A stretch of 64,000 nt of DNA from Camelus ferus (GCF_009834535.1 NC_045696.1:37388001-37452000); one strand, 5' to 3'. Shown: positions 23,556-37,167, counted from the stretch's first letter. The notes: generated by a model from the sequence alone, not told the origin. Program-made: numbers and translations.

Positions 23556-23699
23556 GTTTTTGAGGGGAGAGTAATTAGGTTGTTATTACTATTATTATTA
23601 TTATTATTTTATTTTTAATGAAGGTACTGGGGGTTGAATCCAGGACCTCATGCATTCTAATCATGCACTCTACCACTTTTAAGCTATATCATCCTCTCC
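23556..23699 (-). mobile_element. Vic-1-type tRNA-derived SINE (camelid), inserted in a MIR remnant
   Basis: Minus strand reads ggagagg..tatagctt..agtggtagagtgcatgattagaatgcatgaggtcctggattcaacccccagtacc (pol III A and B boxes), then an AAT-rich linker, aacctaattactctcccc and an A-tail. TSD tgttttgtat at 23543-23552 / 23700-23709. Confidence 0.85.
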
Positions 23700-25441
23700 T
23701 GTTTTGTATTTATTTATTTATATATAGAATCAATTCAATAACAGTATAAGTTGTTTTCATTATTTCAATTTTAAAGACAATAAAATGGGTAATTAGATAA
23801 AAATTCCCATTATTACACTCAGAAAATAAGTGTAAGTAAAAGAGATAGAATTCAAATCCAGGTGGTCTAATTCTAGATTTTATAGGATTGCATATGAGGT
23901 CTCAAATATACTTGCCATTCCACAAAAATTAGTCACCGACAGCTCAGAGGATTTGAGATATGCAAAAGGCGGAAGAATTAATACATTCCTACGGAAACCT
24001 CGTTCTCTAAACTGGGAAATAGGGCATATGTAAATACAGATACAGCTATGTATGTTTTTCATCTTCCTTTATTTGGCCTCCTTATGCTACAATACTACCT
24101 GCAGAGTAACTGTGGAGCACACCCTTGCTTCTGGTTACTCAGAAATGATAGCTATATTATACTAAGTTTCCTTATCTTGACATGCTGTTTTCATTATGCC
24201 ACTTTGGGATGTGATGAATCAATTCTAACCATGTACCTTTTTTATACAGACTCATAAAACTTCAGTACTGTGGCATAAATACAGCCCTCTTAGCATTTTT
24301 GGCATGAAGGTAAGGAAATAAATGTATCAAGTTCAGCTCTCAATACACCATGAATTGCTACACTTCTCTTCAAAAATTTTTTTCATTTCTGAAATCGGGT
24401 ATAGGGTCTGGTAGAAAAGGGAGAGCACAGATTGTGAGAAAAATGGGAAGGCACAACTGATAAATTGCCTCCTATGAGCAAAGTCTTGAAAGAGTAGATA
24501 CAGGTGACAGGATAAGGACATACATAATAAAACCATCTATTTAGGTTTACCATTTGTGCCAGGTAGTACAGAAGGTGAATTCCAAAAAATAAGTTGAAAA
24601 CAAACTATATTTAAGGATTCTGTGTGTGCGTGTTTTCAGGCAGTTGTCTCTGCTGTTAATCATTCTGAGGAATAATTTTCTTAATTGATAAAGTGAGTTG
24701 TTCATTTTGCTTAAGGAAAACAGAAAGAAAGTACAGAATTTGAGTCACACTTAGAATGCTGGATTAAGTGATAAGATTACTTATGAATGTTTTAAAGGAT
24801 TTTGTGTAGATTTCTATATTTATCAAAGGAGTAACTAGATTACATAATAGCATTATACCATTTTTCTGAGCTAGGACACAATGGAAACTTTGCATAAAAG
24901 CCATACATTAACAGATTTTAAGAAAAAAGTATTCCGGGTAGCAGAAAAAAAGATACACAGTCTTGGTATTAATATGTATGAAAAGTGGAATAAATAATAA
25001 ATTTGAATTTGTCACATCTCTCACTAAAAATTTACCCTACGTTAATTGAAAAATAAAAAATAATGTGCTCACATGAGTGGGCTCCCCCATCATACTACCA
25101 AGGACCCCCCCCCACCCCAAACAACAAAAAAAAGAAAAGTAAAATATAATGATCATTTATTCCAACATTCTTCACTTCATTATGGTCTTTGGTATTGTTG
25201 TTAAATAGTTTCAGAATATCCCCTAATATTAGGGATAGTCAATCTCTTCTGGTGGTGGAATTCAAATAAACTGCAAATTAAAGCAAAGAAGCTATTCTGT
25301 TGTATGATTATACACCAAAAATATCTCAGGGTTTGCATAATTTAATTTGCACATTAATTCCACTGCTCTCAATAAAGGGCTGATATAGAAAGTATTACCC
25401 CTCATTCCTTAAGCAGATATAAGATTTTTCTCCTTGAATAT

Positions 25442-27630
25442 CTTTTTAAATAAGCATTTAATCTTAGAATAGTAGACTTATAGAAAAGATAATGCACATT
25501 TTCTATATACCCTATATCCAGTATCCACTATTATTAGAATCTAATATTAATATGATAAATTTGACACCATTTCTGAATTAATAAAGATGCATTATTATTA
25601 ACTAAAGGTCATACTTTACTCAGATCTCCTTAGTTTTTACCAAATGTCTTTTTCTGGGTTCAAAAAACTCATCAAGAATACAACATTGTATTCAGTCATC
25701 ATATCTTCTTAGGCTTCTTTTTGTTGTGACAGTTTTTCAGATTCCCCTAGTTTTGATGCCCTTGACAAATTTGATAAGTAATAGTAAGCTGTTTTGTAGA
25801 ATGTCTCTCAATTAAGATTTGTTTCATATTTTTCTCATGATTATACTGGAGTTTTGGGTTTTAAAGATCAAGACCACAGAGGTAAAGTGCCATGCTCATC
25901 GCACCACATCAGGAAACACACTAACAACATGACTTAGCGTTCTTCATGTTGACTCTGATCACATTCCTGAGATAGTATTTGTTTGGTTTCTGTAAAGTAA
26001 CTTTTCTTTCTTTTTCTATACGGCATTTTTAAAAAGAAAGTCAGTATGTGTAGCTTACTGACTTACTCTATACATACTTAAGGAGTGAGAAGTTACAAAT
26101 GTCATTATACACGAAATTATACAGTGTATTTCCTTTTCAGACTGGAATCTTTTATATAACATTATGCATAAGATTCATTCATGTTTTTGTGTGTCTTGAT
26201 AAGACATGTCTTTTCAGTCGCTCAATAGTAACTCATAGTATGAATATAGTTTGTTTACTCATAAACCTACTAAAAAACATGTATTGTCTTAATAGTGTTT
26301 TCACGAACAGAGATTTTTTTAATTTTCATAAAGTCCATTTTAACAATTTATTTTCTTTCATGGATCGTGCTATTTCGTCTAAAAACTTAATCATCAAACC
26401 CAAGATCAACACCGTTTTCTCCTAGAAGTTTATGCATTTTACAATTTCTTCTGTGATGCATTTTGAGTTAAACTGTGTGGAAGGAATAAGGTCTGTGGCT
26501 AGATTTTCTCTCTTTTTTTTTATTTTTCCATATGTTTTCTTGAAAATTATTCATTATCCACTGACTTATTTTTGTGCTTTGTCACATTAATTAACTCTGT
26601 GTTAATCTGTTTCTAGGGTCTCTATCCTTTCCATTCTTTCATGTATGACCAATACTATACTGTCTAATATTGTTGTAGCTTCAAAATAAGTCTTGAAATC
26701 TGATAGGGTGAGTTCTTCAAATTTGGTTTCTTTTGACAATTTTCTGTTGTCTATTAGCTCCTTGGTTTCCATATAAATTTTAGAAGAATTTATCAGTATC
26801 TGTGAAAGAACTTGCTGGGATTTTGCTTGCTTTAAATCCAAATTGGGAAGAATTAACTCTTAACAATATTGAGCCTTTCAATACATGAACACAAAATATT
26901 TTCATTTATTTCGATATCTGATTACTATAATCAGTTTTGAAGTTTTCCACTTATAAACTCTACACTCATTTTGTTAGATTTATAGTATTTTATTTTGGGG
27001 GTGCGATTGTAAATCATATTGTTTTAATGTCAAATTCAAATTGTTCATTGCTAGTTTATAGGAAACTAATTGACTTTTAAAAGTGTATTGAGACATTGTA
27101 ACTGACTATACTTCAATTAAAAAAAAAAAGAAAAAAGGAAAAAAAGCATACTGACCTTATATCCTATAGTCTTGTTCTACTTGCTCATTAGTTGCAGAAG
27201 CTTTTTTTGTTTCTCTGTTTGCTTTGTAGATTATGTGGTCTTTTCTACATAGATAATATGGTCATCTGCAAAGAAAAGCAGTTTTATTTCTTCCTTTTCA
27301 GTTTGGACACATTTATTTTTGTGTTTTATTGTACTAGCTAAGAATTCCAGCTTCTAATGTCGAATTGCAGTGGTGAGATAGGACACGCTTGGCTTTTTCC
27401 TGGTACCAAGATAAAACTTCCAATCTCTCACCATCAAGTATAAATCTTAGCTGTAGGATTTTGTAGGTATTCTCTATCAAGTTGAGGAGCTCTCCTTCTA
27501 CTCATATTTGGTTAGAGTTTTTATCACAAGTGAGTGTTAAATTTTGTCAAATGATTATTCTGTTTCAATTCATAAGCCATGATGGGTTGCATTTTTAATG
27601 ATGAACCTGTCTTGATTACTTTGAATAAAT
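25442..27630 (-). mobile_element. Old L1 (L1MD-like) 3'UTR plus fragmented ORF2
   Basis: Antisense L1MD-type 3' end (aactaaaggtcatactttactcagatctccttagtttttacc). ORF 26602-26841 (KFEELTLSDFKTYFEAT) is ORF2-like. Confidence 0.8.
27092..27141 (+). mobile_element. Extremely 5'-truncated young L1 (last ~27 nt of the 3'UTR + poly(A))
   Basis: gacattgtaactgactatacttcaatt plus an A-tail, matching the L1 termini elsewhere in the window (e.g. aactatacttcagtt at ~19005). TSD aaaagtgtattga (27079-27091) / aaaagcatactga (27142-27154) at a TT/AAAA endonuclease site. Confidence 0.85.
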
Positions 27631-27796
27631 CCCCAAATAAATAAAATTCTCTGCTACTTTTCCATTAACTCACCCCAGCGCTTAAAAACTTTCAAGCCTT
27701 TTGTGTCAACAGAGGTGAGTTCAGTCTCTTTCCTCTATTGCAATAAAGTCTTCCTTGCCTGTTTAACTCCATTCAGTGCAATTTTTTTCTTTGACA
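27630..27796 (+). mobile_element. ERV1 LTR 3' fragment (MER34/MER39-like)
   Basis: gagttcagtctctttcctctattgcaataaagtcttccttgcctgtttaac...tttctttgaca: polyA signal and CA terminus. Confidence 0.65.
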
Positions 27797-27799
27797 GTA

Positions 27800-28885
27800 T
27801 CAGATGCTTCAAACTCCTATAATATCCTTAGGTTTATCTTCCATATTGACTTCCTTATGTACTTATCCACAGAGAGTGACATTAGCTATAATCTACTCTT
27901 ATTTATATATATATTGTAGCCCTATGGATGTTTTGGTGTTACTTTGAAGGGAAGAAAAGAACATTCTATAAATACGATTATATCTTAGTCACTATTACAC
28001 CTGTGTTTGAGAGCGCTCTCCTTCACAGGTGTTTCCCCACAATTTTCCCCCTCTAATCTCTATTTTTTTGCATAGCTGCTGTATTTCCAATTTTTTTTTT
28101 CTGAAGTCATGTGAAGCCATGACTCCTGATGACTTTAGTGAGGCAGAAAGACTAGAAGAAGCTGGAGTTGGAAGAAGTGTCCCCCTACTCCAAGAGCAAA
28201 TTTCAGAATATGCTGGCTAAGTTCCTTTGCACTGGAGAGTAGTCCTTTGCTACGGAGAAGTCTCTAGGCTTGTTTCAAAATGTTTACTCTTGGCTTCTCC
28301 TGCTAGAGCTGAAAGATTTGTCTCATGTATTCACTGTAAGAATCTCTTGGATAGTTCATGTAAGAATTTCTGAAAGAAAGCTCGAGAAAATGTTGGGAAA
28401 ATCCTAACCCTGAATCCCCTGGAGTTTCTTCTCCTCAAGTTAGTCTAAACAGTGTAACAATTTCAAAATCTGTGTTACAACTGAATCCATTTTTGATGCT
28501 TCCCTTGTTTATACTGTTTGTTCTAACTTTTTAATATGCCTTGTAATTTTTTCTTGAATGTTGAATATCCTCTGTTGGAAATAAGAACTGAGGTAAATAA
28601 GGCCTTTCTTATAAATAAATATTAACAAATAGCCAATATTTATCTGGCTAGGACTTGTGTTACTGGCTAGGAGTGTTTTATTATGTTTGATAAACCTATA
28701 GATGCCTGAGATTTTATTTCCTTTTAGCGTCCTCACTTGGTATCCCCTATTGTTTTTGGGTCTCTGAGAACTTCTTCTAAAACAGAATTTGTACCTGATA
28801 GTTCTTTCCCTTACAGTTATTTAACCTGTAATCCACTGCTTTTAAACCAGAGGCCTATTGATATGGTTGTAAAATGTGAGAGGAT
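27800..28885 (-). mobile_element. Old L1 (L1MD-like) 5' region / start of ORF1
   Basis: Antisense pattern tatgccttgtaattttttcttgaatgttgaatatc...gaactgaggtaaataaggcctt; collinear with the minus-strand L1 to its left. Confidence 0.55.
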
Positions 28886-28892
28886 GAAAAGG

Positions 28893-29135
28893 AGTTTGGA
28901 TCAAAATGGCAGAAAAGAAGGACGTGAAGATCACTTCCTCTCACAAATACATCCCACATACATCTACACATGGAACAATTCTCACAGAATACCTACTGAA
29001 CTCTGGTAGACGATCTCTTATAATCCAAACTACAAGAAATATACCACATAACTTGGTAGGATAAAAAAAGAAAAAGAATCAGGACAGAACTTGTGTCCCT
29101 GCAAGCTGTGAAAGAGGAAAGGTTCTCTCACCAGA
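28893..29135 (+). mobile_element. Isolated L1 5'UTR fragment (~240 bp)
   Basis: gatcaaaatggcagaaaagaaggacgtgaagatcacttcctctcacaaatacatc...tggaacaattctcac is homologous to the 5'UTR at 16258-16368. Confidence 0.8.
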
Positions 29136-30489
29136 TAAAATAAATAATATAAAAATACTTTTCAGTGTTTAGTAACTGTGAAATAATTTTGTGTAGTCAA
29201 AAGATCAAACTAACAATGTGTATTAAATATTCTACTATTAGCTAATGAAAAGATAGAGACACCAACACGTCATCTAGCAACTTAATGATTGTCTAACAAC
29301 TTCCAGATTGTCCATTAAAATCAACTTGAAAAGCACTCTACTGTGCTAAATAATAAGTTTTAAATGTTTCTTTATACCACTACATTTTATGGTTTATAAC
29401 CCCATATAAGTTTCTTGAAATTTGTGTATCAATTTAGCAAACACTAACTGCAGTATTATAAGTTTTAGGTTTGAATAAAACCTAGGTTTCCAATGGACAA
29501 AAATGAAAGAATGTTATTTTTTATGTAGAAATATATTACATTTGAAATTTTGTATTTAAATGTGCCTTACACCTTTATTCTAATTTAGCTTTTTATATCC
29601 AACATATACAAACATGCACAAATAAAATTCTCACACAAAATACATGCAATGTAATGAAAAAAATGCTTGTCAAAAATAACATTTTTGTTTCAAGTTCTAT
29701 CCAACTAGTTCTCACTTTTTTTGTGCTTAAAAACACTCATATAAATCCAAGTTTAGCTTGGCATAAAGTTCTTCTCATATTTTATTTTTCCTGATTAATT
29801 TTCCACTGCTTCTTAGCAAGCACCAGAGGAACCAATTCTACTGGAGAATTGACCATTCCCTGACCACATCATGCCTTTTTAAGTCTTCAGACCTTTTCAA
29901 ACACTTTCTCTCAACTGGCATACTTGTTTTCTCATATCTCAAAGTTATCTTCCACATTCTTATCAAAAATTACTTCTTTGTCATCTTGTGATTCACTGTA
30001 CATGAATCATATACTGCCATTAACCACAAAAGGAATTGAAACAGGATTGGGCATCCTTAATTTACTGTGGAATATTTCCAGTTAGAAAAATGTGAAAGTA
30101 GCTTCACATCCTCAGGAAAGAATTTCATGGTAGCACATCCATAATTAAAGTATTCAAGGACTCCTCAATGTACAAGTAGTCTCTTCAATCATCAACTTAT
30201 AGATCAAAACACAATGAAAAGGAAACCTTGTTCCCCACACTGTTTTCTAATGATACATAGTTGATTAATCATGAAATGAATTATTAATCAGAAATGAATG
30301 TATAGGAAAGTAAGTGAATAATCTCAGTCTGAAAATATATTATATTTACCTTTAGTTCATGAACATCCTTATGGACCTAGGAGGTTAACATTATATCAAG
30401 TCCTTAGCATCACAAAGATGTAGGATATCATCATATTTATATTATTTATTGTTTGATTCAAGCTTTGCTGCTTTTATCTGCTTATTTTT

Positions 30490-31010
30490 TCAATTCAGTT
30501 ATTCACTTGATATTTATTTGCACAGCTACTATGTACAGAGCAGTGTACTTCAGATTTTGTGGTATATTTGTTTAAAATGAACCCTATTTTCGCAGAGCTA
30601 CATTCTAGTGAGTAGGGCAAACAGATAAGCAATGAACATAATGAATACATAAATTTTACAGTATGTAAAAGGAAGATAAGTGCTATAGAAAAACAGCATG
30701 GTAAAATAATTTGGAAATGTGGGGAGCAAATAACAGGTTATAATTTTAGATATAAGGGTTGAGAAAACTTTCATTGAGAAGTGACAGAGTTGTGGCTTTG
30801 TCTCAGGAAATACTGTTCCAAACAGGAGGGATGGCTAGTGAAAATGTCCCAAGACAAAGTAAATGTTCCACAACTTCTGGGAAGAGAAAGGAGGCAGTGA
30901 AGCAGGCTAGAAGCAAGCACAGATCACTAGGCAGAGAAGGGGGAGATGTAGTTAGAAAAAGGTTAGATCATACTGTGCCTTGAGAGTGGACTTTTTGAGT
31001 ATTGCTTTAG
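30490..31010 (-). mobile_element. L2 fragment
   Basis: ttattcacttgatatttatttgcacagctactatgtacagagcagtg...gagctacattctagtgag...gataagtgctatagaaaaa. Confidence 0.75.
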
Positions 31011-32854
31011 ACAGGATTACATAAATAGTTAAACATCATTGCTTTTAGAAATATTTGAACCTACAACAGGCATATTGTTTACAATTTTGAATATATAAAT
31101 GTATGTGTGTACACTTGTAAACTTGCACAGTTGAACACTTTTTGCTAATGATTCTTTTTTACATGTAAAAGTACAAAATCTAGGACAGCTTAAAGGACAT
31201 ATTAGATAGCGGGTATAACTTCTGTAATACAATCTTAACTTGTTCCATACATAAATATTATTTATTCACTCTTTCAACTAGAATTACTCACTAAAATCTA
31301 ATACTGATCAGCAAATTTACAAATCTGTAAAATAGCTGCCATTATTTCTAAGTTCTACCAAAAATTTTAGTGCTTTAAATGTTCCCAAAGCTATTAACAC
31401 AATTGCTAATTAGAGTGTTGGGAGGGCTTTTTTATGCACAGAAAGATAAAAGAGAATCTCTTGAAGATATATTCTATTTTGCTATTTTATAGTTCACATA
31501 CTTTCAATTAAAAAAAGATTAGAGTTAAATTGGTATTCCAATTATGGAAATTTTATACTGTAATAAAGAAGTGTATTAAGAAAAAAACTCATATTACAAA
31601 AATGATACTTCAATATAAATAGAAAAGTGGATAATGGGGCATTTTGGTTTGCTGCATGAAAAATTTATTATGTAACTACAATGTAAAAGAAGAGGTATAC
31701 TGACTCTTAAATATAATTTATAATACAAATATATGTGTACCTTTATAAGATAAAGTCAGAAAAGTTTGATTCCACTGTAAAGTCAATCCATATTTTTGTA
31801 GAAAATTAAAATACTATTTTCAGAATTATTTCTCTTCCTCCCACTTAAAAGATTTTTCCCCATGACTCAATTCAGCTTCATGATATACAACGATCCTGAC
31901 ATTCTGTTGGCTTTCAAATGACATTATCTTACAGCTTAAAATTAGCTTAGCTTACTGTCAGTTTGTTAGGATGCTTTGGCAATATCACCGGAACCAGAGA
32001 TGCACTATGGAAATACTGAATGATCTGAGTTCTTACTTTCTGCTGCTATTTTATTACCTCCAACATAGATGCTAGTCAAAAACTAAGACAAGTCAAACTT
32101 TTGTCATCAAAACACATTCTATCAATTTTCAGTTCTAAAAGTAGTATGAAGATACATCACTAAAGCCAAAACACATATAGATGAGGTTTACCACTGAGCA
32201 TTTGTTAGTATAAAGATAAGGGAAAAAAAGATTTCATTTACTCTGGTTTTATTATAGTTTTAGGTAATACCTATTTGAAGAAGCAGCAAAGAGCTGACCA
32301 AACATCCCCTTTACTGTGAATTGTTTTGATTCTAGATTTATGACTTTGAGACTCAATTTTGTCTGTTACTGCTCAAGACTATACATAAGCCACAAATCCT
32401 GACCTACTCTATTCATTTATGTCTTTATTGATTAAAAAAAAAGATGTACTGAATTCAAAATAAATGAAACATTATGCTGGCTTCCAAGTAACAGTCAAAT
32501 AGAAAGAACAATTTCATAAACCAAGAATTTAAAGTAATTAGAGAGCAATTTGGAGCACAGAGAAGAAAACGTTCTTCTCCATTCATTCTGAGACTGTTAA
32601 ATTACATAATAATTTCTTGATAACATTAACAACTGCAACACAAGTTGATTAGCTAATGTATAAATGTTATTAGATGGTCATTTTTTTCTACCCCTGCCAT
32701 CAGTCCATTTTTTTTAAACAAATACATAAAATAGGGTAGTCTAGTTAAGCATCAAAAGCACTGAACTTAGCAAAATAAGGATTGATGGAAAACACCAATC
32801 CATTGTTGGTACATATGACTAGCCTGCTTATTAGCTAAAAAGTAAAGATGGCCA

Positions 32855-33290
32855 CAGTCTCAGGTTGAGTCTCCAGAAACTAACACTGATACATGATTCA
32901 TGTAAAAATGATTTCTTTAAGGATTTCCTTCTCAGTTAAAAGTCGTAGAAAGTATGGGCCTTGGGAAGGGAAGGAAGCCAAAGTACCATGAAGTTAACTT
33001 GGACTCACTATTTCAGGGAAGCAAGCATCTGGGAGTTCTGGAGACCATGAAGATCAAGTTGTCCCCATCAGGGGGTAGGGGCAACAGTATGCTAATCCTT
33101 CCTCACCCTCCAGGCATTGTTTAAGAGCTAAGGTAAGAGGTGGAAAGGTGTTACTGCCCAGGGATTTCCACTCTTGCTGCCCATAGGGAGAACAGTTCCT
33201 GGTACCCTGAGGACAGTACACAAGCACAAAGACTCAAGTGTTGGTGATTGAAGAGGATTATAGGGGAGTATTGACAGTTATCTGCTGGGG
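32855..33290 (-). mobile_element. Ancient ERVL-type LTR (LTR33/LTR41-like)
   Basis: gtctcaggttgagtctccagaaactaacactgatacatgattcatgtaaaa...gggaagggaaggaagccaa; GC-elevated block. Confidence 0.5.
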
Positions 33291-33669
33291 TCAGTTTGGA
33301 ATTCTTCAAATTTTAAAGTTCTCTTTAAGGATAATTTATGTTGAAATTTTTGCTATAATTACCATTATAAAAATTATTGTGATTGGGGACTATATTGTTA
33401 TTAGGTTTGTTTATATAATGTTTATTAACCAATAATATTAATAAACATGAGAAAATCTCAAAATTTAGAGAATTACAAAAACTTCCCAGTCATAGAAGAA
33501 CCATATATTAGTCAAGTAAATATTCTTTGTCTCTTACTCTTTTTTTTTAGTAAATCATAAATTCTTGATATACGTATTTACTACTACCCCAAAACTTTAT
33601 AAAGTGTTTGTATGAAAATAATTCTAAGTAAGTAACTATTTTTTTAAAGTTAATTTCCATGAAAAAAAA

Positions 33670-34265
33670 ACATGAAAATCCTACAGATGACATTATATTT
33701 AATGGTGAAGCAAACTGTTTTGCCCAAGTTTGGAAATTAGGAAAAGATGTCCAGTGTCATGTGTTTTATTTGACCATATGCACTGGAATTCCTAGCAAAT
33801 GAAATGAAGTAAGGCAAGAAAAAAATCATAAAGATTGGAATTTAAAGAGAAAAATATCCATTTTTTGGATGGCATGATTGTAAACATGGAAAACTCCAAA
33901 TAATATGAAAAATAAATTATCAAAATTATGATGTAAATTTATCAAGGTCACAGGATATAACATCAATATTAAAACTTAATTGTATTTATACTTTTCAACA
34001 TGAAACTAATGAATACTAAAAAAAATGTGTACTGACAAAAGCTTAAAAACAGAAACAATTAATTTAAAAGTGAATGAAATTAATTTAAAAAGTGAATTTT
34101 CTACAAGGAAAATTCAAAAATTTCAGAGATTTCAAAGAAAACATTTTAAAACTGAGATACATGCTTTTAATGAAAAATTGAAATTATCAAAATTATTGTA
34201 TAGTTTAAAGAAACTGCAATCAACTACTTGATATGCTCAAAACACATTTAAAATATTTGTTAAAC
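33670..34265 (+). mobile_element. Very old L1 ORF2 (RT region) fragment
   Basis: aaatcctacagatgacattatatttaatggtgaa...ttttttggatggcatgattgtaaacatggaaaactcc; collinear with the RT region at 58850-59150. Confidence 0.7.
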
Positions 34266-37167
34266 TGATTTATCTGACAAAATTTTAAAAAATAAAATGA
34301 TTTTGCAGGCATATGTCTTTAATAACTCAGACAGTCTTATTACTGAATTTCACAAAACTTTTCAGTTTACACAACTTGGAGCTCTTTACTCATCTTTCAT
34401 AAATACTTTTCAGTTTTTAAATTTTATTTTGCTGAAAGGCATAGCTGTTGACAAGTGACAAACTGAAGTACACAGTGCTAATTTTCCAGATTCTGTTTGT
34501 ACAAGTGTGACATTCTATTATTGGGTTTCATGTTTGGTTAAAAAATAAAAAAGGAGCTATACTTAATCTGAATCTCTAATATTTGCAGTGTTTCATGATG
34601 TAGAAGTTATCAGAACATACTTCATATACACAGATGATCTTTTAGTGTATATGATATCAGAGAGATGCAAATAAAGAAAACGTTTTTTCTATTATCCAAG
34701 CAGCCATATTCTATTTTTAAAAATCATTTCTCTTAAATCTTCTGGAATAGTATATTATCTTGTATCCAATAGAATCAACCACTCTGTGGTGCTAACAGTA
34801 AGGAGTAAATATTTGCGGCTCTCTCTTACTTAGACTCACTTCCTGCTTAATGTTCACAGTGCCTCTTTGCCATTGCTTTCCATAACATTCCAGAGTGTAC
34901 CTAATTTATTTTTCATTCAAAGTCAGGATTGTATTCTAAATGCAATATCTTGGGCAGAACTCCTCATCATTTCCTTCAAAGCTACTTGCATTTTAATATG
35001 TGAAGTACAAAGAGGACTTGCAAAAGAAGTTCTAGTTTAGATTATGAATCTAGACTCACTTCAGTTATTCCCGCTTAAATTTATTTCATACATCAAGACG
35101 CAACCTTCTATTTCATACTTTTTAACCTCTTTACAGAGTTGTTAATTTACTTACATTTATTGCACATGTTGAAAGAATACAATTTGATATATTTTGACTT
35201 ATTCATCACTTAAACCAGATTCAAAGGGGAACAACACGTAGGCCTTGTCATTTGAAAGTTAGGTGAAATTCTTATAAATATCATGTACCTTCCAAAGGGC
35301 CTAGGAAATACTGATACTTTGTCATGGTAATATATTGAGTATTGCAAAAACAAATCGCTTAAAATGAATTAGAGCCAAAGCAAAGCATGATTTAGAGCAA
35401 AAACATACATTACCTTAAAACAAAAATCACAGAAATTATGACATCTCTAATTCTGTAGGTTAACATAAAAATTCAGTGTACAGTTATTTTAAAACATAAT
35501 TATAATGAAAAAATTGAAAAATACTATTTTATCAGCATTCTTCATATTGACTAAAAACTTATTTAAATGATAACTCAGCTAGTTAAAAATAAATATAATA
35601 GATGAAAACTATGAATGCAGTTAAATAGCCTGAAATTATAGTACTTGGTTAGAAAAAGATAGCAAGGGCATACAGAGTGGCATAAACCTGAGAAGAATTA
35701 ATTTCGAGAAAACCTCTCTTATGAAAGTCAATCTCCTCAGCTTAAAGAACAATAGCATATTCTCATGAACTAAGGATATCCTGTTAGGGTAAAATAAATG
35801 ATTTTGCTTCTGTTAGAATGGTAATTTTCTACTCTAGTCTCAGTTTATCATGATATGTTACAAAGGGAATTCCCATATAAAGTATAATTTAAACGTTGTA
35901 CTTCATACTCATTTTCTTAATCATAAGGGAAACTCAAATATTAATCCATTTCATGAAATTCACCTTAGGTGGAAGAGAAGTGATCTTTATATATTTCACT
36001 TTCATGCCTGTCTAAGTAGTGCCACGTTGATATACCCAGTAAGGTTAAAAGACTATTTACATGTGTATATTGTATATACCAAACATATATTCACATTAGT
36101 TTAAATTACCACTTCAAACTTTTACAGACAAAGGCTTATGAATAATTGGATGAGTCATCTAGAGTGCCATAAATATAAAGAACCAATGTAGGTAAAAAAT
36201 CCATTTCCATTTGATCATTTATGAAAACTCCAGATGGGTCAGAGTAGATGTTGTATATATGTAATCAGATTTCCTAATCTGCAAGGGCCTTTTCTTTATA
36301 GAGTTGGCTAACAATTTATAAATGTTGTTATTTAATGTCCTTCAGATTCCTTGCATTAAAAGGTGATGAGGAGGGAAGTGTTACCTAAACCCAAAGAGAT
36401 CATTTTGTAGACAAATCCCATGCTAAAGGGTAAGTGGTCTTCAATTTCCCTTGATTGTGTATGATATTATTATATATTTTCAAGTCCTCATTTGCCTTTG
36501 TCATTGCACTAATTTTGCAGTGATTGGATACATGTATGTATGGATCAATATGCCATCTTGAACCAGCAAGCCAGAAAAATACACTTCAAAAGGAAAAATA
36601 AAAGATACTAGTAAGAAATAATAAATCAATGGCATTATAAATAATTTATGATGATAGTTACTATATTTACAGAGAAAATGCTTAAAGTAAAGTAGAACAG
36701 ATATTCTTAGAGAAAGATTTTTTTCATCAAGTGTGGGGATATTACAAATTGATAAAGTAACAACTGGATTTTATTTCCTACTAATACTTCAAAATACAGT
36801 AAAGTAGGCAATCGCTGATATTTTTACTGCAGTAATAGGGAAAAAGTTATGTTATTGAATTTAACAACAATTTTTTTTTAAAAGATTATTAGTTAATATT
36901 CTCTCTCTATGTATCTACTCTGTGGATACAGAAATAACTACTCACATCACCATAATGATTATATTTGATTTTACAAGTAGAATAAATTATGTTCCCTCCA
37001 TGTCCCCATACGCTTTTGTGTGTAAACACAAAAGCAAGAAGAAAGATTATAATGAAAAAGAAGATAGTAAATATGGACAGGGTGAAAATTTATTTGGTTT
37101 CAAGTCTTTAAATCAAAACAATTTTTAATATTTAAAATCTACTTAAGTCACTCAGTTAATGCTAAGC

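Noticed and set aside
23615..23699. tRNA gene
   Set aside because: The tRNA-like head is followed by a SINE tail and flanked by a TSD, with degenerate boxes. It is a SINE.
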